Source: Flectonema sp. DT1601 (taxonomy: Eukaryota). From it: a DNA stretch of 64,000 bases. Within the stretch, counting starts at the first letter, position 1, and each line of letters starts with the position of its first letter. The translations under genes and the position numbers were made by a program. The stretch is from the NCBI GenBank assembly GCA_964019425.1, contig OZ025780.1, positions 1,178,001-1,242,000 on the forward strand, written 5' to 3'. Below are positions 11,713 to 24,421 of the stretch, piece by piece. Under the pieces are notes generated by a model. The model was not told where the DNA came from. It did not search any database and saw nothing but the letters and a program-made list of their open reading frames with translations.

Positions 11713-12020
11713 AAAAAATAAAACAAAGATTTCACTAATAGAATTCAGTTTTAAGTGAAAGTAGCTGTCACAGATCACGAATCTGTCACGAATCAAGACA
11801 ACAACTATGGCAGAGGAAATAAACTAAAAGGCTAACAAGGACGGGGAAAAAAAAAAAAATTAACAAAAACAGTCCATCCTACGTAAGGCAATCTGTTATC
11901 ATTATTTCAATTACAGAGTCACTCAAAAAAAGATTATGTGTAAATATGTCTACAGTTCGTCAAGATCTTCATTCAAGTTCCAATACTAAGGTATTGTTTA
12001 TTAATAACATTGTTAGCAGC

Positions 12021-13463
12021 TTATGTGACAATTGGTTTACCTGGAGCACAACCAGTTATATTCTTAAAGCAGATTGACTTATGAGGTACCACACCCTTAC
12101 CAGTAACTGGCGGTCCTCCTTTTTCAAGACCGATGTAGTTAAAAAACTGATAGTCAATTGCGTAGGCGTTCTTTGCATCATCTTCTATCTTAGTTGAGTT
12201 GAAGTAATACGAAAAATGATCTTTCGAACCAGTGGGGTGGTCGTCACCCGCTTTCATAAAACCATTTTTCCAAGTCTTGGCTCCGAATTTATTCCACAAG
12301 CCATATCTCTCTAACATTAGTTTAGTGTGGGAATTATCACCCCATCCGATAAAATCAAATTGTGGTAAAAATTTGTATAAATTACCGACCAGTACCTGAG
12401 CTTGGTAATGGTAGTTCACACCTGGTCCTACACCGTAAGGAGGTGGACCAGACTTCTGTAAATAAGATATCAATTCTTCGAAAGTTGTGGTTCCGGTAGT
12501 TTGATTAAAAAAATTCGAATAATGAGTCCGACGAAACTTATCAAGATAACAACTTAGTATCCTTTCCATTGGATCACGAAAGAAAACTATTTTCTTAAAC
12601 GAAGGATCGTTCATAATTGAATTCACAACTTTTCGTGAAAGGTACTTAAAACTCAACCTTGGACGACGAGGGTCATTCTCTACATCAACAGAATGCATAA
12701 GAATCTTACCCTTCGTATCATGAATGACATCAGTGTGACCTAACAGTCTGTCATAAAGTCTTAGAATGTTGGATGATTGTACTTTAGGCATTCTAAAGAA
12801 AACTAATTTGTGTATAGGATCAACACAACCTAAATTCATGTATTTGTAATCTTGTTCTGTCACTTCAATGTAAGGCATAACTGAAGTATTACCAACAGAT
12901 GTTGTTTTGTGTTTCCAAGTTGATGTTCCGTTTTTGTCAAAATTGTAGTCCGGAAGGGTAACCTCAGAATTTATAATTGGCCTGCCTTTCTTTAAAACAG
13001 AGCTTTCTTCAATGTTATTTAAAAGTATTTTATAATAATCTCTTTTCTTAGGAGTTCTACCAACTACAAGAAAAACTCTTCCATTGAGTGCCGGAGTCAA
13101 TACACATGTTGGAGTACTGTACTTACAGGAACCTTTATGACATGTAACAGAATGACATGCCTTGTTGTCGGTACAATTCCTCAAAGCTACAATCTCTGAT
13201 AACCCATTGTCGTTTAAGTCAGTTCCACCTACACAAATAACGTCGATAAATCTTGTAAATAAAATTTCTTTTCCATTCCTGTCCCATCTCTTAAGAAAAC
13301 CTTGATTCAGACTTGGGTACTCCATCGTATTTAATTTCTTCTCTGAAGTCTTACAATCTGTAGTCACATGCACTACTGTAGTTGGAGGAGAGTACAAAAC
13401 GATGCCGCAAACTCCCAGAATCGCGAATACGACTCCCAACGGTTTGATAATAAGAGCAGACAT
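12021..13463 (-). CDS. Carbohydrate sulfotransferase (Sulfotransfer_2 family), 480 aa
   Basis: Signal anchor; FFRMPKVQSS; FFRDPMERILSCYLDKF; FDFIG; YAIDYQFFNY. Confidence 0.88.
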   Translation of the reverse strand: MSALIIKPLGVVFAILGVCGIVLYSPPTTVVHVTTDCKTSEKKLNTMEYPSLNQGFLKRWDRNGKEILFTRFIDVICVGGTDLNDNGLSEIVALRNCTDNKACHSVTCHKGSCKYSTPTCVLTPALNGRVFLVVGRTPKKRDYYKILLNNIEESSVLKKGRPIINSEVTLPDYNFDKNGTSTWKHKTTSVGNTSVMPYIEVTEQDYKYMNLGCVDPIHKLVFFRMPKVQSSNILRLYDRLLGHTDVIHDTKGKILMHSVDVENDPRRPRLSFKYLSRKVVNSIMNDPSFKKIVFFRDPMERILSCYLDKFRRTHYSNFFNQTTGTTTFEELISYLQKSGPPPYGVGPGVNYHYQAQVLVGNLYKFLPQFDFIGWGDNSHTKLMLERYGLWNKFGAKTWKNGFMKAGDDHPTGSKDHFSYYFNSTKIEDDAKNAYAIDYQFFNYIGLEKGGPPVTGKGVVPHKSICFKNITGCAPGKPIVT

Positions 13464-13667
13464 GATTTTAAATATATCTGAGAAAAAGGTTAAATTAAAT
13501 TTTTATAATCGTTATAGCTGCATTTAGTAAAAGAAAAGTATTTTTTTGCTTTGCACTGCTATTTTCGTATTACTATTTCGGATTGAAAAGGATGCGATCC
13601 GGTGAAGCTACTCGGGAGTTAGTTCGGAATAGCAATATTCGTAATTTTGATAATTACTTATAAAAAT

Positions 13668-13867
13668 NNNNNNNNNNNNNNNNNNNNNNNNNNNNNNNNN
13701 NNNNNNNNNNNNNNNNNNNNNNNNNNNNNNNNNNNNNNNNNNNNNNNNNNNNNNNNNNNNNNNNNNNNNNNNNNNNNNNNNNNNNNNNNNNNNNNNNNNN
13801 NNNNNNNNNNNNNNNNNNNNNNNNNNNNNNNNNNNNNNNNNNNNNNNNNNNNNNNNNNNNNNNNNNN
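13668..13867. other. Assembly gap (200 N)
   Basis: Run of N characters. Confidence 1.
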
Positions 13868-13958
13868 ATCTGAGTCGGAGCTTCTCAATTAGAATAAGAA
13901 CGTCAGAGCATCACCGATGCTATCGAAGACTGCTGAGAGCAAAGTATTTGTTACCTAT

Positions 13959-14523
13959 CTAGAGTTTACCAGTGAGGCACCCAGGAATGCATCCGGTGAT
14001 GTGAGCAGCAGTTGCAATCGTTCCAGCCATAACGGCAAGAAGAGAATACCAAATACCGAAAGAGACGAAAGATGAATAACGGCTATCAGGGTTACCTGTT
14101 GCGTATCCAGCAGCCCAGGCAGAGCGGCTCACATTCCAGACAATTCCAGCAAAGGTTGTGACAACTGGACTGAATACTCCAGCGATCAGAGACATAGCCA
14201 GGAATTGTGGGTAGGTTCAAGTGCCTGTTGGTGTCCTCTCTGCACGCAGTTGAACTTCTTCGCATCCTCACTGGTCCCTTCTGCGTACATCTTTGGGTAC
14301 TCGACTCCGTACTTCTTTCTCGCAGCAGCAACTTTCATCCCCAAACTCAAAAGCAGGAATGCCGAGGCGACAACGTTACAATAAGCACTCCGGCGTACGC
14401 CTTTGGGAGTCCAAACTGCGCGATCTCATACACACATGAGCAACAAGAAGTCTTCAAAACCGATTGCTCCAAAGCAATGAGGAGGCCGGCTCCTCCGAAT
14501 CCTTTCAACATGACAGTTGCCAT
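13959..14523 (-). pseudogene. MAPEG/microsomal glutathione S-transferase 3-like, second copy with two 1-nt deletions (pseudogene or sequencing error)
   Basis: Near-identical to 15046-15612 but 565 vs 567 nt. Single-base losses at ~14216 (ggttcaa vs ggtttcaa) and ~14378 (gttacaa vs gttaacaa). Confidence 0.8.
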
Positions 14524-15045
14524 TCTTTTGTGGTGGAGATGGAGATGTAAAATGCTGTGGGGAAGAAGTAAGATAACCATAAAGTACAATAATCTCATAG
14601 TCAGTTGCAATCAATAGAAGACACGACTGTCACTTGAATCCCACTAGCGAATTATTGTCACATTTGCGTCTGTTCAAAAGAAAGAAAACTGTTCGCACAG
14701 CTACTCACCGAATGGATTAAAAGTATGATGCGATTTAAAAATCAAATAACTAGTTAGGTTTAGATTTCTAGAGATTGCATTCAGTTGGCAACCTTTTTTT
14801 GTCGCTAACTCGCCACATCAACCAAACATAGAGAGAATGTTGCATACTTTGCTGTTTCATTTTAGAACATCATTTTGAAAATATTAGAGGCGTAGGTAAG
14901 GGAAGTTAGTGTTGTTTAGTCAAAAAAGAGTCGGCTGCAGCAGTATATTGATATGATCATAAACTGCTGTGATAGAGGAGGAAAATAGTAGAGAGCATCA
15001 CCGATGTTATCGAAGACTGCTGAGAGCAAAGTATTTGTTACCTAG

Positions 15046-15612
15046 CTAGAGTTTACCAGTGAGGCACCCAGGAATGCATCCGGTGATGTGAGCAGCAGTT
15101 GCAATCGTTCCAGCCATAACGGCAAGAAGAGAATACCAAATTCCGAAAGAGACGAAAGATGAATAACGGCTATCAGGGTTACCTGTTGCGTATCCAGCAG
15201 CCCAGACAGAGCGGCTCACATTCCAGACAATTCCAGCAAAGGTTGTGACAACTGGACTGAATACTCCAGCAATCAGAGACATAGCCAGGAATTGTGGGTA
15301 GGTTTCAAGTGCCTGTTGGTGTCCTCTCTGCACGCAGTTGAACTTCTTCGCATCCTCACTGGTCCCTTCTGCGTACATCTTTGGGTACTCGACTCCGTAC
15401 TTCTTTCTTGCAGCAGCAACTTTCATCCCCAAACTCAGAAGCAGGAATGCCGAGGCGACAACGTTAACAATGAGCACTCCCGCGTACGCCTTTGGGAGTC
15501 CAAACTGCGCGATCTCATACACACATGAACAACAAGAAGTCTTCAAAACCGATTGCTCTAAAGCAATGAGGAGGCCGGCTCCTCCGAATCCTTTCAACAT
15601 GACAGTTGCCAT
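15046..15612 (-). CDS. MGST3: MAPEG family protein, microsomal glutathione S-transferase 3-like, 188 aa
   Basis: VAAARKKYGVEYPKMYA...FNCVQRGHQQALE..P.F and YATGNP..R motifs of MGST3. Confidence 0.9.
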   Translation of the reverse strand: MATVMLKGFGGAGLLIALEQSVLKTSCCSCVYEIAQFGLPKAYAGVLIVNVVASAFLLLSLGMKVAAARKKYGVEYPKMYAEGTSEDAKKFNCVQRGHQQALETYPQFLAMSLIAGVFSPVVTTFAGIVWNVSRSVWAAGYATGNPDSRYSSFVSFGIWYSLLAVMAGTIATAAHITGCIPGCLTGKL

Positions 15613-17734
15613 TCTTTTGTGGTGGAGATGGAGATGTAAAATGCTGTGGGGAAGAAGTAAGATAACGAGTACGATACGTCAATTCAAAGACTAACAGAAG
15701 AATACCCCCGGTTGTTACTACATGAGTTCATTGTAAAAAAATGTATTTAAGAAAATAAGATAGTGAACCACTAAATAGTTCTACCGCTCCATATAATTAG
15801 TGGAAACGTATTATCAGGCAATAATCTTATGCTAGTTGTTCCTTTTTGGCCTCCATGATCTTACCAACTGCGCTGCTCCATGGACATGATGTTTTTAAAA
15901 GGTGTTTCTCAGCTAGGTTTTGCTTGCTTCGAGCAGCTGCGTGAATGGTTGCATGGCACGAGATGCCTTATAAATCGGAAGCTTAATCCGAGTGCCACAG
16001 AGCGTGAAAGTTCCCCTTTCTTGATAGAGTGCAGTCAACTCTTGCTAACGTAAAGAGGGCTACCTCTCATGGAAAGAAATGAACTAAGAGAAAGTCCAAA
16101 GCACGATCACCTGTAGGAAAACAAACAAAATAAAATTATAACAAAGCTTCGCATAGGAATAAACAGACTCTTACCTGAGGCTGGCTGGGTAAACATTAAT
16201 TGAATGTCTCACAAGTAGACCAGCCGAGGGTAGGAAAGTACGTGCGGGAAAGATATGAAGGTGCGTCGGAAAACAGGTACGAGAAAGAGCTAAACCTACA
16301 AGTCTCAATATCAGCTTAATGTAGACTGACAGGAGATGAGGCTTTGTGAAGTAAACAAATTAAGACATCGCCATTCCAACTTTCGAGGATCAAAAATCCC
16401 CCAAATGTTGAAGACCACACCATAAATTCGGAGGTTTATAATAATTGTTTTTTTTTTTTTGGAGGGACAGCCACACGTTTATTTTAGGTATATTTAACTT
16501 ATATTTTTAACACTTCATGTGCCTGAATGAATGCTCAACCGACAACTACTCTATAAATGATGTAGAATGTTAGTTGATTAACTGTTAGGTATTTTCAGAT
16601 GAAAAGCATTCAAGCTTTTCTTAAAGTACAAGAAAATAAAGACAAACAAACCAAATAAACCCTTTTTTTGCATTACTCTGTTTATTCCTTAATTATACAG
16701 GAAAAACAGAAGAGAAATATGACGGATCAAATAAGTGGAGGTAAGAGAGTCAAATTTGGAAGTGAAGACTTCTGCAGCCTCACAAGTAATTATATAATGT
16801 CATCGATGTTGACTTGTCTGATAAAATAAATATCATTTTGATCGCAAACCGTCAAAGTTGGTTGTTTGGTTGGAACGTATTCGCGTGGACTAAACTGTAA
16901 TCCGGTGAAACTGTAGAGGTCAAAGGAGACTACGTGTGCTGATAACATTCTTTTTATCTCACAATTTTATTGTTAAACTTAACTTGAAGGGAAAAAAAAA
17001 AAAAAAAAAAAAACGCAAGACAACCCAAATACCTACAATGCTCGTAATAATAATCGGCGACTTTAGGTTTGCTGCTGCAGACTAAAAGGAAGTCCATCTC
17101 CATTTTTTTAAAAACGGAGGTAAAAAAAAAAAAAAAAAAAAATACTTTTAGAAACCAAAAGCGAGATATAGAATCAACTCAACCCAATCAAAAAAACACT
17201 TCAGTGACGCTGAAAAAGAGACCCATGTTGTTCTTTTAGAGAAATCGCATTTGCCTTGCTTCCAAACCACTTTTTCACCTATTTTAGGTGGAAAAACTGA
17301 TACATAGCCTGGGCTTTCTATTCAAAATCCAACAAGATCCGCATAAATGTTTCCTCCTCGGGTATACAATTGTTATCGTAGATGTCAACAAACACAAACG
17401 AAAATACTACAAAAAAACTGTGAAAAGTATGGGGAAAAAAAAAAAGGAACAAAAAAAAAAAAAAAAAAAAGAATCGTTGAAAAGATTGTAAGATGTGCGA
17501 TCAATTTCAAAAAACGGAAAAGCAATCAGAAACTGACATACATATTATCCGAACGCAAAAAAAAAAAAAAATAAAATAAAAAAATTAAGAGTCAAAACGA
17601 CAACAAAAAATAGATTTCACCAAATCGTCTAAAAACCATTTAGTTTATCTTATATGGTTCATTGAACGCAGACAGAAGGAAAAAAAAAAAGAATTGGCTT
17701 TATCTTCAACTATACAGAAAATAATAATAACAAC

Positions 17735-17854
17735 TGTGATTTTTTTGTTTGCACGAAACCGTGAACCAACTTAAACTGATAAAGCTAAAGGAGGTTTACG
17801 TGTGCTGCCAACATTCTTTTTTCGTTCTTACAATACTTGTTAAATGCAAAAAAA
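17735..17854 (+). repeat. Dispersed repeat family R2 (~110 bp, ends in an A-run)
   Basis: gcacgaaaccgtgaacc.acttaaactgataaagctaaaggaggtttacg...aaatgcaaaa is nearly identical to 63295-63430. Confidence 0.85.
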
Positions 17855-18462
17855 ATAAACACTAAAATCGCATTATTATTAAAATATTTGAGTCTAATCA
17901 TAACGTAACCTTTTAATAACTTCTCCTTAAGTCTATATTCTCATTTATTTGTTTTAGCTTGCACCGCTCAATGGTTTAACAATTCCACTTTTATTTTTTT
18001 TTTTGAAATTACAAGGAATTCGGGGAGTTTTTTGATGGAAAGGGGAAAATGCAAACAAAAAAAAAAAATCAGCCATTTGTTGCTGGATATAATTGAGTCC
18101 GTGCATCGCAGGTGTGGCATGGACACTGCGGGATTTGGTTGAAGTCCGCGACTAAGATATGAAAAGCATCTCAATCACAAACACCTAACCCTCTCTACAG
18201 AACATGAGACACACAGGCATAAAGTCCCACAAATCGTTCGCTGTGCGCGCAAACTGTAAGAATCGGGCTTTATTTGAAAACGTTTAAAAAAAAAAAAAGG
18301 GGTGGGTTTATGTGCAAGAAAAAACACAAAATAAACAGCATGAAGACAGTAGTATCCTTCAAGTATAAAAGGTTAGTACAAAAAAAACCATTCAGATACA
18401 GGGAAATAGATAACATGATAACATAATATATAACGGCTCTTAATCCGAATAGTTTAGTTTAG

Positions 18463-18631
18463 TTAGCAAAATACAAACTGATGACTACGAGGGGTCTGGG
18501 TAGCCCGCATCAGTAAGGACCCAATCGCGAAGATTGTAGTTTCATAGTATTGGCTGGAAGTGATCGACTTCCAGCCTCCACCTTGCCCAGAGGCTAACAG
18601 GTTGTAAACAACTAAAGAAAATAAAAGAGAA
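18463..18631. repeat. Dispersed modular repeat family R1, modules A+B
   Basis: About 148 bp identical to 24422-24570; preceded by short agttt repeats. Confidence 0.92.
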
Positions 18632-18658
18632 TAGTTTCTTCTCCGACTTCGTCGGTGC

Positions 18659-18690
<32 letters not shown>

Positions 18691-20648
18691 CACTGGCTGC
18701 TTGCTGCACACTATTATAAACTGCTAGTTGTCAGCCATGCCAATAAACTTCGAGAGCACACAAGTTAAGATATACACAGAATACTACAACCATAAAGAAA
18801 AACTGATATGTGTCGGAGTAACCTAGAACGGCACTAGCACACTATCTTTATAACCGAATTAAGAGCATTTGTCAGCTTAGAAGAAAAGATAACCCTCTGA
18901 CCGTCTCAGGGGTATTTTGCGACTGAATAAAAGAAAAATATCAACTCGCTCAACTACGACAACAACCCAAATGATTAGGCTGCATCGATAAAGACTGACT
19001 GCGGGAAGCATGAAATAGTCCAGGAAAGGTACTAAGAAACTAAATAAATTAGTTAATAAAGGGGTTTTGATAGAGAAGGGCACCATGCCAACAGGCAGGA
19101 AAGTTGCATCTGCGCTAGCGATATGTCGCTGGCATTAACAGGAACAAGGGTTGCTAAGTTGGAAGTAGTTTTTCAAATTAAAGAAAAGTCTTCAACATGA
19201 GAAACTAAACTTTTCCATAATAAATAAAATATAAACATACAATCATAAAACAGAGAAATAGTGATCCAAGTACGCTTCCTCTGGTATATGAGATTATTAT
19301 AAGAAAGTCAGCTAAATCAAAAAAAGTTATAAAAACACATCGTGTCCTGCCGTTCCTTAAAACACTGTCGAATGCGTAATTAGTAGTAATCAACGTTGCT
19401 AGGTAACTCGCAGTAATTGAGGATCCAATCCGTAGCCGTTTCCGAAGTCTCAGTATGGATTGTTGACTAGCTTCAACTACGAATCCCCACACAATGCTTA
19501 AAAAAAATTAAAAAAAGATTCACTTGAAACTTGAAATACGAATAAATATTCAAAGTAAGTTAATTCCGTGTTAATCTGATGGGACTAACAATTATTGCTT
19601 TTCAACTATAGGAGGGAAGTTCGTTGCGACAGCGATACAGAGAATCTGCACCGGTGAGGCAAGATAATAAAAAAAACCAACAAACTGAGTGAACACCAAA
19701 TCAGAGTAAAGAGTGAAAAGATGCGCAAGCCCGAAGAGCTACCCATTTACTTTTTCAAAAAATCACTCAATTCGTAGCTGTTTTCATAGTCACAGCAGGT
19801 GTGTTATCTCAAATAAGAATAATATATTTCGTCAGTAACGTTAGCTTAGAAACAAGAAAACAAAAAAAATTAAGAAAAAAAAAAAACAGTACCCAAGTTT
19901 ATTAAGGAAAACAACAAGAAGAAAAAAAAATCACATTATAAGTGCATCGCTCAAAGGATAATAGTTTTGAGCATAATTTGCAGCATATATTGCATCAAAA
20001 ATTAATTAGTATAAACAATTAGTAATTCATGACACAATTTACTACAGGTAATGTTAGTGAAGGTAAACATAAACGACTCTAACATGGCAGAGTGTATTAC
20101 TGGTTCATCCTAACTACTTCGTCAAATAATGCAGGTAGAGGTGATTGTTTGACAATTTAGAAAATAGTAGTAATAAGGTTTTAAAACTGAAAAAAAATGA
20201 CAGAAGATTAAGCTTCATTTTAGAAGTCAATAATGCAGTCAGGTAGGAGTTTTTAAAAAAAAAAAAAACAACAACAACGACAACAACAACAACAACAACA
20301 ACGTCGCGTGCTACCACCCGAATTGAAACACGAAGAGATATATCTCAAATGGGGTTTATAAGAAATAGAAGTGAAATCTGTTTAAAAAAAAAAACTATCC
20401 TTGATCTGGAATGTGATCCAGGATTATAATTAAAGAATTCAGAGCTTGCCATCCTTTTTTTTTAGACTTAATTGAAGAATCGTGATTTAAGTAGAAAACA
20501 GGTTGACTCTTATTGTAATCAAAAAAAGGGGTGGATGCTTTTTTTTTATTTATTTAAGAAACCGATACTCGTGATCAAAAAAAAAAAAATAATAATAATA
20601 ATTAATAACAATTACAATAAAAAGAAGTTGTTTGTTTGTTTGCTGAAG

Positions 20649-20682
<34 letters not shown>

Positions 20683-23600
20683 GAACACAATGTCTTGTCA
20701 CTACAGATTTACATCACCTACGGCAGTCGATGTCTTCACAAGTATCCAGGAAACACTCGTTGAATTCTTCCACTATACGTCTCCCGCAGTGTTTTTGGAA
20801 TAAAGTGATTCGATTGACAGAGTAATAAATATTGTAAACTAATGATGGACCACAAAGGCCATGTGGGTATTTTAACTTATGACGAATAATAAATTATTAA
20901 TTTTCTTTCTCTTTTTCGATCAGGAAGTGAAATAACAATCACCCCCCCCCCCCCCCCGAGAACAATATCGGAGTTGATCGTGATAAACAAGCCTCGAACC
21001 TTGACAGGTTGTGTTGAGGGAACAGAATGGAAAAGGGATTAATTTTCTAAAAAAAGATAAGAAGGAAAAAAAAAAAAAAAAAAAAAGAGGGAATGTTTTA
21101 TATATTCGAAGACGGAGGTCGCAAAAAAAAACAAAGAAATACAACAACAAATACTCCACGCCAACATTGATAACGATTAAATATTATTCTTTGAATAATA
21201 CCTTGATCTCCTTGTCGTCATATATATAATCTGCATACAACGCTCTACATCTTAGTAAAGTAAAAGAAATAAAGCAAAAGTAATTATACCTGTTGTTACC
21301 GCAAGCATGTTTTCGCACAGCAGACCCGAAGTTATGGTGTATTAGCAAAGTAAACGCTTCATCACAACATTTATCAATTCGAGATATTCATCCCGAGAAC
21401 AGCCGTTTGAGTAACCTGCATTAGTAGAGGACCCAAAGACGGATAATCACAAGTGTGTTTTTGTAGGTTAAAAAACAGAAAAGATCAGGAGAGGAGAGAC
21501 GGGAGTAATAAATAAAATATATTTTCTATTCCATATATATAAAACCTTTCTTCAAATGCCCACACCACGAAAGAAAATAAAAAGAAAATCTGAGCATCGT
21601 CCTCAGCATCAATATAATAAAGGCTTTAAAAGAAGTACTACAAACTTTGAGCAACCCGAATGATTACACCAATCGTAAAGAACATAATCAAAAGGAGAAA
21701 GTCTGTTTCAAGTCTTATCCAGACCTCCCCTACTGGAAGGTAGTATTTTTGAATATAAAAAAATATTTCCTTCCCTCATTAATAAATCATGGGGTAATTG
21801 CAAGTAAGTTTATGTTTTTGCTGCTTAAAAAAGAAAAAAAAACGGTCCTCGTCGCACATCAACTTATCCCTGAAAACTGGTGAAAAATAAAACACTTCCT
21901 TTTTCCCATTCTCTTGCAAGCAACTTACTTCTTTATAAAGCTAGAGAGGATGTTCATATTTTCAGCATCATAAGATAAGCTTATAGCAGACCCGAAGTTT
22001 TGCTGCTTATAAGAAGACCAACCTGTTTTTGACTACACATGTTTATTATGAGGTTTAACAACAAACAATGCTTTTTTTTTTTTTTTTTTTTTTTTCTTCC
22101 TTCTTATTACAAAGCCAGAGAGGGTGTTTTATGTTTTTCGCTTCACCAGATGTTAGGTAAATAGCAGACCTCCCCCCCTCCCCGAAGTTTCGGGTTTTAT
22201 CAAAAGACTTTAAGTAAAATGCTGTACATGAGTCAGTTTTATGCAAGAAAAAAAAGAATAACTATCTTCGTTCACTTTTTATTATTATCGCTTAATGGCA
22301 CATTTATCAATTTCAAAAAAAAAAAAAAAGAAGAAAAAAAAACTTATCATTTTTTTTTTGTTTATCTTTATATCTTAAAGATACTGTAAAAGAGCAGGAA
22401 AAAAAAACTGTCGATAATAATCTTTTTCATTTCTTATTTTCTGATTTTTCATGTTTGTTTATGCAGGAAAAAATAATTTCAGCTGGACGCTGTGTTTCGA
22501 CAATACGTGTCCAAGGAAAAACACCCAATCTATAAAACAGTATTACAAAAAGAAAAGACAAAATAAAGGTTGTGAAGAATCTAAAAAAAAACATTGTTCC
22601 CCACAATTCGATATATATTTTCGTGGAAGTTTCTCAGTTCCGGTCGACTTTATTATTACTAAATACAACTGGTACCTGAGATAGCAAAAACAAAAAAAAG
22701 ATAACTTCCTCCACACGGTGCATTTCAACACCATAAATGAAGTAGTTTTTTTTTTTAATCTTGCGAAAACATTTTCCCCTTCGTTGGCTCAAAAAAACGA
22801 AAGTGGACAATAGTAGGCAAGTAACATCTACTAGTTGTTGAGATGTTCATCTTTGCACGTTTTAAAGAAACGCGAAACACCGTGTTGTCAGCAGGTTCTT
22901 TTTTTGAAAAACCGTACTAACTGACGGCTTTACTTTAGCTGTCCTGTGAAACAAGCAGTGCTAGAGACGTCTGCGTTAAATACCCTACCATTTTACATAA
23001 AAAAAAGAGAGCCATTTTGGCTGATTGGAAAAAAAATAAGTTCTTCGCATTGCGAAGAAGCACAAGTCAAGGACAAGGATCGAGTGTAGTGACACCCAAA
23101 GTGAAGATCGTCTTGAAAAAAAAAAGAAGACGAACAGAATAAGCAGCGCAATCTTGTTAAGATTATTGTGGTGTAGCTCTGGCTCCTGAACACAGCAGGC
23201 CATCGCAAGCTTTCACCACCTTAGACAGAATGATGTTAGTTAGGTAATAGTTAGTAAAGGAGTACATTGTACTCAAAGAAATAAGACACTGATGCTGGTC
23301 AGCTAGTGATTGTGAAAAGGAAAAAAAAAAATGCCAAAGGTAGGCTGGTGGTCAGCAGCATGAAGTGTGACTATGTGGAGTGCGGTTTGGTGGTAAGAGC
23401 CTTTTTTTTTTTTTTTTTTCTTTCTATTCCTCCCTTCCCTTATCCGTCACTCTTCAAAATCGCAGAGAAAATCATAACATGCATCATAGTTCTGCAGATT
23501 AAAACGAAAGAGAACAAGATTGTTTTCCATTAACAACCTTGGTGAGGATAATTGTTTGATTTTATAAATACAACTATTTGTGTCGTAAGAATATATAAAC

Positions 23601-24421
23601 GATAATTGACATCTGCCAAGGTAATGCTCAGCTTAGCCTTTTACAGTAACTATCAGGTTTCAGGAGAGGTAATCTTCCAACGGGGGGTTAGCCACAGATG
23701 AAGGTTTACTACGAAAAAATTTCTGTTTTTTACCAAACTACTAAATTCAGGTAATAAATAACTTTCCAAAACCGATGTGTGGTAATTCACACATAAGAGC
23801 AGTGGTAGGAACGATAAATCGAATACCCCCTGAGAACAGTACCAATCTTATTTACCGCGTCGGGGTCCCTGCCGTGAGGTATTGACAACAACAAAAAAAA
23901 AAAAAAAAAAAAAAAAAAAGAATTTTTGCACCAGAAACTTGTGCGAGAGAGCTCAGGGACCGGTTTGTGCGTACAAAAAAAAATAGTAAACCAAATTCGC
24001 AAAAAGAAGAAGAAGAAGAAAAAGAAGCCCCTCAGAGGATCAAATTCAGAACAACGGTAGTGCATCTCATCACTACTTAAGTAAGTTCTGTTCAAAAAAT
24101 AAAGCCAACCAGACAACATACTTACTATTGTAAAGTGTTAACAACGCTACCACTACTCCAACCCTTTCCGATAGAATCGGAAAGTGAGAATAGGAAAGCG
24201 GAAATAATAAAAAAACACGCACATTCAATGATCAGTCGATCTCCCGAACGATACAATTTACAGTGTTGCGACAGGAATTGCTAAATGAAAAAACGATCCT
24301 TAACACGTTAGCTATTTAGAAAAAAACAATCTCCACATAACGTTTAACCAACCTTTTTAAAGTTACCAAGTGACTAAAACAGAGTTGACTAGTAATTGTT
24401 TTTTTTTTTTTTTTTTTTTTT

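Noticed and set aside
13647..13892. ORFs spanning Ns
   Set aside because: Assembly-gap artefacts.
18477..18545. Hammerhead ribozyme (CTGATGA on plus; GAAAC...GTC on minus)
   Set aside because: CUGANGA and GAAA are not on the same strand in the required order. The HDV-like core could not be fitted either.
17288..23533. Many short poly-Lys/poly-Phe ORFs
   Set aside because: Products of A/T homopolymer runs.
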